Positions 1 through 9,015 of a stretch of DNA of 17,930 nucleotides are shown piece after piece. Made by a program: the position numbers and the translations under genes. Every line of letters starts with the position of its first letter. The first letter of the stretch is position 1. The stretch lies in NCBI GenBank assembly GCA_046582655.1, contig JAYGDX010000398.1:1-17930 (forward strand). Reading direction: 5' to 3'. The notes below the pieces were generated by a model. That model saw only the letters and a program-made list of their open reading frames with translations, ran no database searches and had not been told where the DNA came from. This DNA comes from Candidatus Poribacteria bacterium. GTDB lineage: Bacteria > Poribacteria > WGA-4E > UBA9662.

Positions 1-176
1 ACCCATTTTGGTTTCCCAATATATTTGCCATGGTTTTTGGCCAGAGATCCGTCTTTGGCATTGTTTCCCTGTCCTTCATCAAAGGAAAAATACAATACTA
101 AAGATTCATCGATGGCTTGGGCTAAACCACAAAACACTAAAAACAAACCTAACAAACTAAGCACCAAGATTTTCAT
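1..176 (-). CDS. Secreted LamG/concanavalin A-like jellyroll protein, N-terminus (runs off the window)
   Basis: Not in the ORF track. The reverse strand from ATG at 176, preceded by a GGAG RBS, reads MKILVLSLLGLFLVFCGLAQA-IDESLVLYFSFDEGQGNNAKDGSLAKNHGKYIGKPKW: a signal peptide plus the typical LamG start 'LVLYFSFDEG.G..AKD.S...HG...G.P.W'. Confidence 0.85.
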   Translation of the reverse strand, partial: MKILVLSLLGLFLVFCGLAQAIDESLVLYFSFDEGQGNNAKDGSLAKNHGKYIGKPKW

Positions 177-329
177 TGAATTTCTTCTCCTAATTTATTA
201 TTTAATGGTTAAGTAAGGTTAACATCCCAAAATGTTAGGATAATGTTTAAAACCGGTAGTCTTAACCGCAGAACATCCGCCTTTTGTTAAGGCATCGTAC
301 TATCAACGGAAAAATTACAAACTTCGGTT

Positions 330-351
330 TTACGGGAATTAATTCCCGTAA
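330..351. repeat. Perfect 22-bp palindrome TTACGGGAATTAATTCCCGTAA
   Basis: Direct reading: TTACGGGAATT is followed immediately by its reverse complement, with no loop. Confidence 0.9.
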
Positions 352-510
352 CAGTTATACAAGATGATGATTTAACGGCAATTTCTTCAACTGCACTGGT
401 TCTCCTTTGGTACATCCATTTAAGCCTATACTTTCAGAATCCAATTAAGACCAGCATTTATTTGGGGAAGATGTCTAATTTGTTCACTCCGTCGATTTGG
501 GTGAAATTGA

Positions 511-1580
511 TTATAGATCCCTTAAGTCAATAGCCTTTCGCTCAGCACTAGCACGTCTAGCACCTTCAATAATGGCCAGATTTTGTCGGGCCTGCTTCCA
601 TGTGATCGGAATTTCGGTTCCGTTAGCCAATGCCCGAAAGGTTTGCATGAAATAGCCGGTGTGCCCAGCAAAAATTTTGGCTTTGGGTGCCATATAGTCG
701 GGATCCTCTACCTGAATCTCCTGCCACTGCTGGTTGGAACGGTGAAAACGGTACAGCGATCGACCCCGTTGGACTAACCTCAACCCATCCTCCTGCGTGT
801 GGACTTCACAAATGTTACTCTGATCGCCAGCCCCACTGGATGCTCCCCAAGATGTCATCACAGTTGAAACCGCTCCATTTTTGTGTTCTAGCAACAATAA
901 GGCCACATCATCTACGTCAAAGTCGAAGAATTTGGTTTGGACGCGACCTTCTACATACTGCACTGGACTGCCAATCATACTCTCCAACAGATATATCTCG
1001 TGGTAGCAGGTATCGGCTAGACACCCACCACCTGCATCCTTGCGGTTTCGCCAGAAGTCCTGATTAACGTCGACTTGGCGAACAAAGACTTGGATCTACC
1101 AAAAACACGATCCCCTAGATTTTCTGCTAACAGTCGCATAGCTTCTTGTGAATTGGCCGAAAATAGAAAATTATGCGCCACAGTATAAAGTACCTGATTT
1201 CGGTCGGTCAATTCTAAAATCTGGTCGGCTTCCTCCAAGCTGGTCGCCATTGGTTTCTCAGAGATCACCACCACCTGAGCCGACAACGCTTCAACCGTGT
1301 GCTCCATATGCAAATGATGTGGGGTCGCCACGATGACCAGATCTAATCCACCCGCGGCCAACATATCTCGGTAATTTCTATGACGGCGCTCACTAGAAAG
1401 GTGAATCCGATCACCAATCGCACTTAGATTAGCTTCGAGGGGGTCGGCGATGGCCGAAATCTGTACTAAGCCCATAGGAGCTAGAATTTCGAGTGCTGGG
1501 AGATGAGCCTTTTGCGAAATCCCACCACATCCAATGAGCCCAATTTGTATTGGTGTTTTAAGTTGTTGTTGCGTCAACAT
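511..1580 (-). pseudogene. Gfo/Idh/MocA family oxidoreductase, frameshifted
   Basis: The N-half (probable ATG 1580) has IGLIGCGGIS, VIVATPHHLH and SEKPMA. Near 1060-1090 a second frame continues DFWRNRKDAGGGCLADTCYHEIYLLESMIG (the family W..GGG.L.D...H motif) into ORF 511..987. One frameshift; could be a real lesion or a sequencing error. Confidence 0.85.
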
Positions 1581-1769
1581 TTTATCTTTGCCTTTTAGTT
1601 CGAATATCCATGGATATATCTTCCAGATTGGACTCTCCACGGAAGATGACTAATGATCCTTATTAGATTTCTAGCTGCCTATCACTTCGGAATGAAATGA
1701 AATTAAAAGGTTGCTCGCGGCATCTGACATAATGAAGTTAACCAAATCTATGTAACTAATGGTGGCTAG

Positions 1770-2164
1770 ATACCAGGCAACTTAACCATTTGTCGTACAG
1801 TGTTGGCACAATTTTTCCAATGGCATTTACCTAACTGGGTTCATTTGTACAAAATTGCCCGCAATCTTCCCCTGTTGGGGAAACTGGTGCGTTTTGAGAA
1901 CCGAATTCATCGTTTCCTCCAAGTCAATGCCCAAGCTGATTATTTGCCAGTGGCAATCCGATTATTAATTATCTCCATCGTTGGCTCAATTCGACTGGCC
2001 GTTGATTGTAGCAAAGTAGGGTTCAACGGTCGAGTGGCAACGATCTCATTGCCTTTTATGGATGAACCTTGCCCTTCATTTGCAAGACTTATTCGGGTCA
2101 AAAAGGACATCCAAAAGCCAAGGACAATATCCAATTTTTGAAACAGGTTCATCTTCTTACCTAA
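1770..2164 (+). mobile_element. Degraded IS4-like DDE transposase remnant
   Basis: ENRIHRFL...IRLAVDCSKVGFNGRVATISL, then in a shifted frame AFYG*TLPFICKTYSGQKGHPKAKDNIQFLKQV. This resembles the IS4-type 'LA.D.T.....L..SL.Y.GRA.PL.W....KGH' segment. Contains a frameshift and a stop; C-terminus absent. Confidence 0.55.
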
Positions 2165-2296
2165 ATGCGATAGATATTAATATGGTCCTCATAGTACAAT
2201 GAGCCAGATGTACTGTCAAGACCGTGGTTGGAGATGAGAATTGAATACGTCGATTCGTACAATTGGCATTCCATACCATATTAGGAGGCACCTCTG

Positions 2297-2689
2297 TTGT
2301 CAAGAGCGGAGAGATCTAGGTATGTTACTATACGTGCTGTAATTATCGGGATTTTGATAATGCCCGTGAACTTGTACTGGATCATTATCGCCAAAGAACC
2401 CTACCACTACCAGTCAGTTCCTATCAGCTTCGCTTTGCTTTACAACGTGGTGTTCATCATGTCCGTTCTGGTGTTCATCAATTCCCTGCTGCGCAGGTTC
2501 TTTCGGAAAGAGACCCTCAGTCAGGGAGAACTGCTGACTATCCATGTGATACTATGTTTCACCACAACAGTAGGTGGCATGGACATGATGCAGATACTGC
2601 CCTGCGTCATGGAGCATGCCTTTGGATTTGAAACACCCGAGAATGAATGGGAGAACCTATTAAAAAGATCAGCTACCAAGATAGCGTAA
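2297..2689 (+). pseudogene. N-terminal fragment of a DUF6785-like (OPT-related) membrane protein, truncated by a repeat
   Basis: AGGAGG RBS. RAVIIGILIMPVNLYW...LLYNVVF...LSQGELLTI...FETPENEWENL matches the N-terminus of this usually much longer family. The final codons (KRSATKIA*) come from the intergenic repeat starting at ~2663. Confidence 0.65.
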
Positions 2690-2850
2690 CGCCGCATTAC
2701 ATTCCTATCTATGTAGCAGGATGTAGTCTGATATAGGCTGGTGGTTGCTAGTCGACTCGTCTCTTGTCATCGAGCCCCGTGTTATTTGTCAACCCCGATT
2801 CCTGACAGCAACCCCACCGCTTTACCCCGATGCGGCAATTGTGATAGAAT
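2663..2850 (+). repeat. Modular intergenic repeat copy R1 (B1 tail + GGTTGC/GCAACC hairpin + promoter module)
   Basis: AAAAGATCAGCTACCAAGATAGCGTA matches 17274ff AAAAGAACAGCTTCCAAGACAGCGTA. 2718-2850 matches 5810-5915 (AGGATGTAG..TGGTTGCTAG..AACCCC..AGCAACCCCACCGCTTTACC..GTGATAGAAT). Confidence 0.85.
2821..2850 (+). promoter_or_regulatory. Sigma70-type promoter at the end of repeat R1
   Basis: TTTACC-18 nt-TAGAAT with an extended -10 TG; the same module occurs at 5886, 14749 and 17431. Confidence 0.6.
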
Positions 2851-2953
2851 ACACTATCCACATGCAACCTCGATATAATTTTGGTATTGTGCATAGTGAC
2901 AGAAGCACCGCATCTTATTCTCTCAGAATTGGTTTAATCATTGGAGCATAATT

Positions 2954-3412
2954 GTGAAATTAGCAGAAGCTTTAATATTACGTGCAGATTGTCAAAAACG
3001 TATTCAACAACTGGAAACAAGGCTGGTAAACAATGCCATGGTTCAAGATAGGGAAACACCGGCTGAGGATCCAAGTCAATTGAGGTTGGAATTGGAAGAC
3101 ATTTCAGAACAACTTCTTCTTTTGATTAAGCGTATTAACAAGACCAATAGTCTCAGCCAAGTCGATGAAGACCTAACATTCTCTGACGCTTTGGCAAATA
3201 GAGATATTTTACACTTAAAGTATGGAATATACCGTGACCTTGCTCAGGCGGCAACCGTAACCCAAACTCGACATAGTAAATCTGAAGTTAAGTTTAACAG
3301 CACAGTTGATGTTAAAGAGATACAAGAACTGGCCAGTCGTTTAGCTCAGGAACACCGCCAGCTGGATGCCAGAATACAAGAAGCCAATTGGCGTGTTGAG
3401 TTGCTGGAATAA
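2954..3412 (+). CDS. DIP1984-family ('septicolysin'-like) coiled-coil protein
   Basis: GGAG RBS, GTG start. MKLAEALILRADCQKRIQQL..RL.NNA.VQD.E.PAEDP...RINKTN...DALA.RD...R.S.SEVK...LDARIQEANW is the family signature. Confidence 0.9.
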   Translation: MKLAEALILRADCQKRIQQLETRLVNNAMVQDRETPAEDPSQLRLELEDISEQLLLLIKRINKTNSLSQVDEDLTFSDALANRDILHLKYGIYRDLAQAATVTQTRHSKSEVKFNSTVDVKEIQELASRLAQEHRQLDARIQEANWRVELLE

Positions 3413-3629
3413 TGGATACCGCTGTTAGCCATGAGGTAAGGGCGTGCCTGACCCGTCAACTGGGTTAAGTTGTCCCTTGGCAGCGTGTGTGGGGTCGCGC
3501 GTGCGGGTTCAAGTCCCGCATATTCACCGTGTATACCCAGTAATGTAACAGGTGTACGGTGCATTGTAAATGTTACTACCGCGTGCAGACTTGTTAAAAT
3601 GGTGAGGTGTGAGTTAGGGGATATAATTT
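3413..3629 (+). ncRNA. Candidate structured RNA with a tRNA-like T-arm (not a complete tRNA)
   Basis: T-arm TGCGGG-TTCAAGT-CCCGCA (3502-3520). Other stems: 3420-3428/3477-3485, 3449-3454/3462-3467, 3523-3530/3599-3606, 3539-3546/3570-3577. No CCA end and no canonical cloverleaf. Confidence 0.6.
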
Positions 3630-3681
3630 ATATTTGTTTGTTCGTATAAGTATTTAAGCTGATACTAAACAGTTCTCAATA

Positions 3682-4122
3682 ATGGAATATCAAGTCACAC
3701 TCCTAATTGTTCTCCTCAATCCTCCCAATGGCATGCTTTATTGCTTGCAGAATGATAACGGACGTTTCATTTTTACCACTATGTCTACAGGGGATGATAT
3801 TGTTTTTGAATTTCAAACTGTTGTCAAACCCAACCAACGAACTAAAAAACCAAATTTCACTGGTCCTTTCGCCCAGGGTGCTCCTGGCAAGCGATTCTTT
3901 TATATTAACATCGGTCAGTTGGCAGGCCAAAAAGATACACCATGGCAGAGGCGGGCCAAAGTATGGATCAATGGTTGGCCACGATATGTTAAGCCTTCAC
4001 CAAAAGAAATCACTTGGCAGATGGTGCATGAAGTTGCCACTGACCCGGGCAAAGTGCTAATGACAAGATATCAAGGTATGGCAGATGATGGGGGTCCAAG
4101 TTTACATGGTGCAAGTGGTTGA
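3682..4122 (+). CDS. DUF5990 family protein
   Basis: PNFTGPFAQGAPGKRFFYINIG..AGQ..TPWQRRAKV and C-terminal DDGGP are characteristic. The TGA at 4120 may be a mutated TGG, since the frame continues KVALK* to 4140. Confidence 0.8.
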   Translation: MEYQVTLLIVLLNPPNGMLYCLQNDNGRFIFTTMSTGDDIVFEFQTVVKPNQRTKKPNFTGPFAQGAPGKRFFYINIGQLAGQKDTPWQRRAKVWINGWPRYVKPSPKEITWQMVHEVATDPGKVLMTRYQGMADDGGPSLHGASG

Positions 4123-4198
4123 AAAGTGGCTTTAAAGTAATTCCCGATACTTCTTTATACGGGCTTACCTATACACTCCAGTAGCGGACCGTAGTCGT

Positions 4199-4330
4199 TA
4201 GATATGGGATTGGCGATACTCATCAACCAGATAAACTCGGATTTTATCTTAATTTTCAGGAAGGTGGACCTACCAGAAACAGGGAAGTTGGCACCATACA
4301 GATATCCCCTTTGATAGCGGCAAACCATGG
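4199..4330 (+). pseudogene. Possible eroded LamG-like fragment
   Basis: Across shifted frames: RYGIGDTHQPDKLGFYLN / VDLPETGK / WHHTDIPFDSG, reminiscent of the LamG 'G.WHH....FD' motif. Confidence 0.3.
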
Positions 4331-4356
4331 TAAGCTTTCACTAGAAGTCTTACACA

Positions 4357-4450
4357 CTATTCGCCACGGCGGTAGATACAAAGCGTCGGATAATTTTTCA
4401 ACGCAAAAGAACAAATTTCAAAACAGCGTAATACCACACTACACCCTCCT
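4357..4450 (+). repeat. Modular intergenic repeat copy R2 (apex A + B1)
   Basis: GCCACGGCGGTAGATACAAAGCGTCGGATAATTTTTCAACGCAAAAGAACAAATTTCAAAACAGCGTA aligns with 17232-17299. Confidence 0.9.
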
Positions 4451-4606
4451 AGGTCTTTAATGGATTCGAAGATCAGCGAAAAAAGGGATTAATTTTAATC
4501 AACTGAAAATCATAGGAAGAATCAATCGAATTTGCTATGATCAGCCCAGATCCCGTAACTTCCGAAATCTGGGACTTAGAAATTGAAAGGAACACAGAAA
4601 GATTTC

Positions 4607-5656
4607 ATGCCCATATTCACCAAAGAAAAAATCGTCAATATCTGTACAGACATCATTGAAGCTGCAGGGATGTCCCGCCAAAATGCAAAGTTGATTGCCG
4701 AATTGTTGGCTGAGGCCAACAGCACAGGCCATGATTCCCATGGCATCATCCGTGTTCCCCAATACCTTGCAGCGATAGAAAACAATGACATCCTGACCAA
4801 TTCTAATGTCAATATCCTGCGTGAAAGTCCCCTCACCGCTATCGTTGATGGAAATTGGGGTTTTGGACAGATCACGATGAGCCGAGCTGTAGAAGTCGGC
4901 CTCGAAAAAGCAAGAAAAAGTGGTCTGGCTGCGATCACTGTTCGCAATGCCAATCACATTGGTCGCCTCAGCAGTTACGTCGACCACATCGCCCGTCAGG
5001 ACATGATTGGCCTGCTCTTTGTCAACGCTATTGGCACACCTGCATACCGCATGGCCCCTTGGGGCGGTACAGAACCACGCCTCGTCACTGACCCCCTCGC
5101 CTTTGGTATTCCCTCACCATATGGTGACCCCATCGTCATAGACATGACCACCACCGTTGTTGCTGAAGGTAAAGTACGCGTCAAACGCAATCGTGGTGAA
5201 GAAACACCCGACGAGTGGCTCCTCGACGCTGAAGGCAAGCCTACTAACAACCCCAACGTCCTCTATAGCAATCCCTTAGGGAGCATCCTACCGTTAGGAG
5301 GTACTGCGGCAGGTCACAAAGGATATGGCCTCAACATCGCCATCGAGCTTCTCGCGGGTGCTCTGAGTGGTGCAGGGTGTATCGGAACAGATGAACGCCT
5401 CAGCAATGGAGCCCTTCTCATTATAATCGATATTGAACAATTTTTACCTATCGAAGAATTTTATCAGGAATCCGAAATCTTCATCAAACACGTCAAATCT
5501 TCACCTGTTGCCGAAGGCTTCGATGAAATTCTACTGCCCGGTGAGATTGAGTCCAAAGTAAAACATCAGCGCGCCGAAGAAGGCATCTTTGTCGAAGACG
5601 AAACATGGGAACAAATTCTAGAATGGGGCCAAAAACTCGGAGTAGAATTAGAATGA
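4607..5656 (+). CDS. Ldh_2 family (type 2 malate/L-lactate/hydroxycarboxylate dehydrogenase, YbiC/HcxB-like)
   Basis: Motifs GHDSHGIIR, VDGNWGFGQ, NANHIGRL, TDPLAFGIP, DMTTTVVAEGKV, GHKGYGL, LLPGEIE. ATG 4607 preferred over TTG 4583. Confidence 0.92.
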   Translation: MPIFTKEKIVNICTDIIEAAGMSRQNAKLIAELLAEANSTGHDSHGIIRVPQYLAAIENNDILTNSNVNILRESPLTAIVDGNWGFGQITMSRAVEVGLEKARKSGLAAITVRNANHIGRLSSYVDHIARQDMIGLLFVNAIGTPAYRMAPWGGTEPRLVTDPLAFGIPSPYGDPIVIDMTTTVVAEGKVRVKRNRGEETPDEWLLDAEGKPTNNPNVLYSNPLGSILPLGGTAAGHKGYGLNIAIELLAGALSGAGCIGTDERLSNGALLIIIDIEQFLPIEEFYQESEIFIKHVKSSPVAEGFDEILLPGEIESKVKHQRAEEGIFVEDETWEQILEWGQKLGVELE

Positions 5657-5741
5657 AAATCAAATTGATAGAGATCGAAAAGGAAAAGCCACGCCCTCAC
5701 ATTTCGGGTTGATAATGAGGTGGACCAAAAGCGATACGCCA

Positions 5742-5915
5742 GCCACGGCGGTCCAACCCTTGTGAGAGGTATCATATAGCTAAATATGGAAGTACATTCC
5801 CCCATCCAGAAGGATGTAGCTTGAGATAGACAGATTGGTTGCTAGCTGATTCGTCAACCCCAATTTCTGCTAGCAACCCCACCGCTTTACCCTAATATGA
5901 CAATCGTGATAGAAT
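5742..5915 (+). repeat. Modular intergenic repeat copy R3 (apex A + GGTTGCTAGC/GCTAGCAACC hairpin + promoter module)
   Basis: GCCACGGCGGTCCAA at 5742; perfect 10-bp inverted repeat 5837-5846/5869-5878; TTTACC(5886)-18-TAGAAT(5910). Confidence 0.85.
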
Positions 5916-5958
5916 GCCGAAGCAAGTTCAGCAACTTGAGGCTCAAAGGGCTACTAAT

Positions 5959-6030
5959 ATGGCCGACGTATTTGTCTCCTATCTGCGCAAAGATATTGAT
6001 TCGCTCAACGCTTGCACCATGCCTTGGAAT
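5959..6030 (+). pseudogene. N-terminal stub of a TIR-domain (TIR_2) protein
   Basis: MADVFVSYLRKDID, then with a 1-nt shift FAQRLHHALE: the 'DVFISYSR.D..FA..L...LE' start of bacterial TIR domains. The rest is missing. Confidence 0.65.
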
Positions 6031-6102
6031 TCAGATATAGATTGATTCTACCAACCCCCTAGGGTTTTTGCAGAACTGGAGGTTGACGGAAGCTGAAATT
6101 GA

Positions 6103-6288
6103 TGGATTTTGCTATGTCTAATATGGGTAATTTCCTCAATATTGGTTGTCCGATTCGTTTTTAAACTGTCAAAGAAAGCAAGTTTTCTTGTTCTGGTATG
6201 GTTTCCAATATCAATCTTTATTTTTGGGATACTAATCGTAATAACTTATTTCGTATTGGCGCTCGGGTTACACAGGGTAACATTCTGA
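6103..6288 (+). pseudogene. Start-less two-TM membrane protein remnant
   Basis: Open frame WILLCLIWVISSILVVRFVFKLSKKASFLVLVWFPISIFIFGILIVITYFVLALGLHRVTF*, preceded by an in-frame stop. Confidence 0.35.
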
Positions 6289-6506
6289 AATGGCAAGAAG
6301 CAACTACAATCACTTCCAGATAATTCAGTATGCTATGGCTATATAACTACGCGATCGGTGATGCTGTCAGTCTATAGAGACCCTAGGGCTACCCCCGATT
6401 TTTTTAGCGAAGGCAAACGGTTAAATCAAGTGGATGCGCTAATACCTTAACAAATGGAGAAGAATCATTACTAAATCACAATTCACTAGTTAAAGAGAAT
6501 CAGATA

Positions 6507-7238
6507 ATGGATATCAAGAATATGGATGTTAGGCTAATTTGTGCTGGCTTTGCTCTACTGGGCATTTTTGTCTTGCCTAACCTCGCTTCTGCAGGTTTGG
6601 CTATGTTCTGGGACGATTTTGAGCAGGATAAACTGGGAGGACAACCTTCCCAGTGGAAATATGCGGCAGGAAACCAGAAAGGCGAAATTATCAAAGATCC
6701 TAAAGACGGCAGCAACCAAGTCTTCAGCATGCCAGATCGCTTTCCACGAGGCTCATTTGGCTTTTATGTAATCGGTGACAAAACTTGGACTGACTATGTT
6801 GTCGAATGGGATTGGATGCCAGCGGCGGGCTATCATGGTATCAATTTTCGCTACAACGACAAGGACAACTATTATTTAGCTGACAAACGTGACGTTACTG
6901 GAGAGATCAAGTTTTATAAAAGGCAAGCGGGTTGGCAAAATTTCGCTACTGGTTCGTTTAAATGGAATGAAGGTGATTGGTATCGGGCTAGACTGATCCT
7001 AAAAGGCTCAAAATTCACGGTTAAGATCAAGGAAAAAGGTGATAAAACCTCCTTTAAGCAGATTGATCCCGAGAAATCGGGTGTGGAAGGGGAAGACAAA
7101 AATTTCAAGTCAGGTGGATTTTGCAGTGGTAAGGGTTTGATCGATAATGTCGTGGTTGGTAAAACAATCAATGACTTGGACTTGACCGTTGATGGCATGG
7201 GTAAGCTTGCCACTATTTGGGGTCGGATAAAGACTTGA
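6507..7238 (+). CDS. Secreted beta-sandwich (DUF1080/ConA-like) protein with Poribacteria-type C-terminal tail
   Basis: Signal peptide, then FWDDFEQ, GDKTWTDYVVEWD, GINFRYNDKDNYY, WYRARL, IDNVVV. Ends LTVDGMGKLATIWGRIKT. Confidence 0.8.
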   Translation: MDIKNMDVRLICAGFALLGIFVLPNLASAGLAMFWDDFEQDKLGGQPSQWKYAAGNQKGEIIKDPKDGSNQVFSMPDRFPRGSFGFYVIGDKTWTDYVVEWDWMPAAGYHGINFRYNDKDNYYLADKRDVTGEIKFYKRQAGWQNFATGSFKWNEGDWYRARLILKGSKFTVKIKEKGDKTSFKQIDPEKSGVEGEDKNFKSGGFCSGKGLIDNVVVGKTINDLDLTVDGMGKLATIWGRIKT

Positions 7239-7480
7239 TAGATCCAGGTCGATTTTTGAGTTCAATATAGCCACAGGTTTTTACCAACCAAGTTTGGCCG
7301 CAGGAGATTCCATCTGATTAGGTGTTTCCGTTAAGATCTCAGATGTTGAGGAGAAGTCATATACAACAACACAAATTTATGATGGCCTTTTCCGCCGCTA
7401 GCATGGTAACCCTGAACAGTCCACTGGCTACGATGATATCTTAAGTAACAAAAACACCCAGCAGAGCCAAAGGAGGTCAG

Positions 7481-9007
7481 ATGAAGCAATCCACCAAATC
7501 AATGAATGTACTATTCATTATCTGCGATGATCTGAATGATTGGATCCTGCATCCCATCGATCATCCACAGGTGAAAATCCCACACATAGATCGGCTGCGA
7601 CAGAAAAGTGTCAACTTCACCAACGCACATGCAGCAGTACCTGTATGTGGACCTTCCCGCAAGTGCTTATTTTCAGGTTTGTATCCGCAGACGATCGATA
7701 GCTACGATTTTGCGGCTTGGCGACAGGTTCCAGCACTACAAGATTGTGTACCACTTCCCCTCCATTTTCGAAACAACGACTACAACGTCTATGGCACTGG
7801 TAAACTATTGCATGAAGGGCAAGGCGGTGACTTCTATACCGACTATGGATATGGCGTGGATTATGGTCCGCATCCCTGGTTAGGTGAGGGCAAGGCGGAA
7901 TTCACACCTCATCCTCGGCAGTACGACCTATGGGAGGGCTACCTACCCAAATGGGATATGCACCGTGACTTGAATTATGGTCCACTAACGGACGTACCAG
8001 AATGGGGGGCAGGTAAAGTCGACGGCAAGCCCGGTGCCAAAGGATGGCACTATAAGGATGCGACACCTTTCCGCTATGTTGATGACAACGACCGTGACCA
8101 ATTGCCTGACGAGATTTCGGTGGATTGGGCTCTGGAAATCCTGCAGAGGGAGTCGGTTCGCCCCTTCTTTCTGGGTGTTGGTTTGGTCAAACCACATACG
8201 CCTCTGTATGTTCCCCAGAAATACTTCGACATGTTTCCCTTAGCAGAAGTTGGACTTCCACCATACTTGGAAAACGATCTTGACGACTGTGCCTCGGTTC
8301 TACGTCATCGGTGGAATTGGGGCTTCCAAAAGTTTCAGGCGCTGATTAGTGCTGGTGGCGTCCAAGCTTGGCGGGAGTTTGTGCAAGCTTATCTAGCGAC
8401 AGTAGCTTTTGTTGATGATCAAATCGGTCAACTGATGCAGGCACTGGAAACTAGCCCAAATGGTGGCAATACTATGGTGATCCTGACCAGTGATAACGGC
8501 TACCATGTCGGTGAGAAGGATTGCATCCAAAAATGGCATCTGTGGGACGAATCAACACGGATTCCCTTGCTGATCCATGTTCCGGGTAGTGGTGGCAACG
8601 GTCAGGTTTGCCAATCTCCAGTCTCACATATTGATCTCTACCCAACCCTAATAGATTGTTGTGACCTACCTCCACAACCACATGGGGGTCAAGAAATGGC
8701 GTTAGATGGTCATTCACTTCGACCATTTCTGAAAGATCCAGACGATTCAGACTGGATGGGGTCACCGGTGGCACTGATGGCGATTCGGGATGGCAAAGCA
8801 ACGCCTCACTTTTCTGTTTGCTCCTCTCAATATCGCTACACCCGATGTGCCAATGGCGAAGAGGAACTCTACGATCATAACCAGGATCCACATGAATGGA
8901 CTAACTTAGCGGCCAATGAAGCATTCGCCAGCATTAAAAAAGAGCTGAGGCAACAATTAATGCATCAGCTTAAGAAAAGTAAGATACCCTCAGGATATAA
9001 AGGTTAA
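7481..9007 (+). CDS. Cys-type (formylglycine-dependent) sulfatase, iduronate-2-/choline-sulfatase-like
   Basis: AGGAGG RBS; NVLFIICDDL, CGPSR (CxPxR), GKLLH, KPHTP, TSDNGYHVGEK, ELYDH..DPHEWTNLA. Confidence 0.95.
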   Translation: MKQSTKSMNVLFIICDDLNDWILHPIDHPQVKIPHIDRLRQKSVNFTNAHAAVPVCGPSRKCLFSGLYPQTIDSYDFAAWRQVPALQDCVPLPLHFRNNDYNVYGTGKLLHEGQGGDFYTDYGYGVDYGPHPWLGEGKAEFTPHPRQYDLWEGYLPKWDMHRDLNYGPLTDVPEWGAGKVDGKPGAKGWHYKDATPFRYVDDNDRDQLPDEISVDWALEILQRESVRPFFLGVGLVKPHTPLYVPQKYFDMFPLAEVGLPPYLENDLDDCASVLRHRWNWGFQKFQALISAGGVQAWREFVQAYLATVAFVDDQIGQLMQALETSPNGGNTMVILTSDNGYHVGEKDCIQKWHLWDESTRIPLLIHVPGSGGNGQVCQSPVSHIDLYPTLIDCCDLPPQPHGGQEMALDGHSLRPFLKDPDDSDWMGSPVALMAIRDGKATPHFSVCSSQYRYTRCANGEEELYDHNQDPHEWTNLAANEAFASIKKELRQQLMHQLKKSKIPSGYKG

Positions 9008-9015
9008 AAAAACAC

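Noticed and set aside
3413..3530. Bona fide tRNA-Leu or tRNA-Sec gene
   Set aside because: The T-arm is canonical, but there is no proper D-arm or anticodon loop in tRNA order (loop GTCAACT is non-canonical), only a weak acceptor pairing (TGGATA/TATTCA) and no CCA. Kept as a tRNA-like RNA candidate.
4120..4140. TGA recoding (Trp/Sec) suggested by the DUF5990 end G*KVALK
   Set aside because: The Ldh_2 and 6507-7238 genes end at TGA at their expected C-termini and Trp is encoded by TGG throughout, so a point mutation or natural stop is simpler.
4164..4180. CTTACCTATACACTCCA as a seventh repeat copy (B2-like)
   Set aside because: Only a short gapped similarity to TTTACACCTACACTCCAA with no flanking modules.
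6057..6388. CCCTAGGG at 6057 and 6381 as a target-site duplication
   Set aside because: There are no inverted repeats inside the interval and an 8-mer match is weak evidence alone.
7288..7450. Possible coding remnant PSLAAGDSI*LGVSVKISDVEE... between the secreted protein and the sulfatase
   Set aside because: It has two stops and no family I can recognise, so it is too weak to call.
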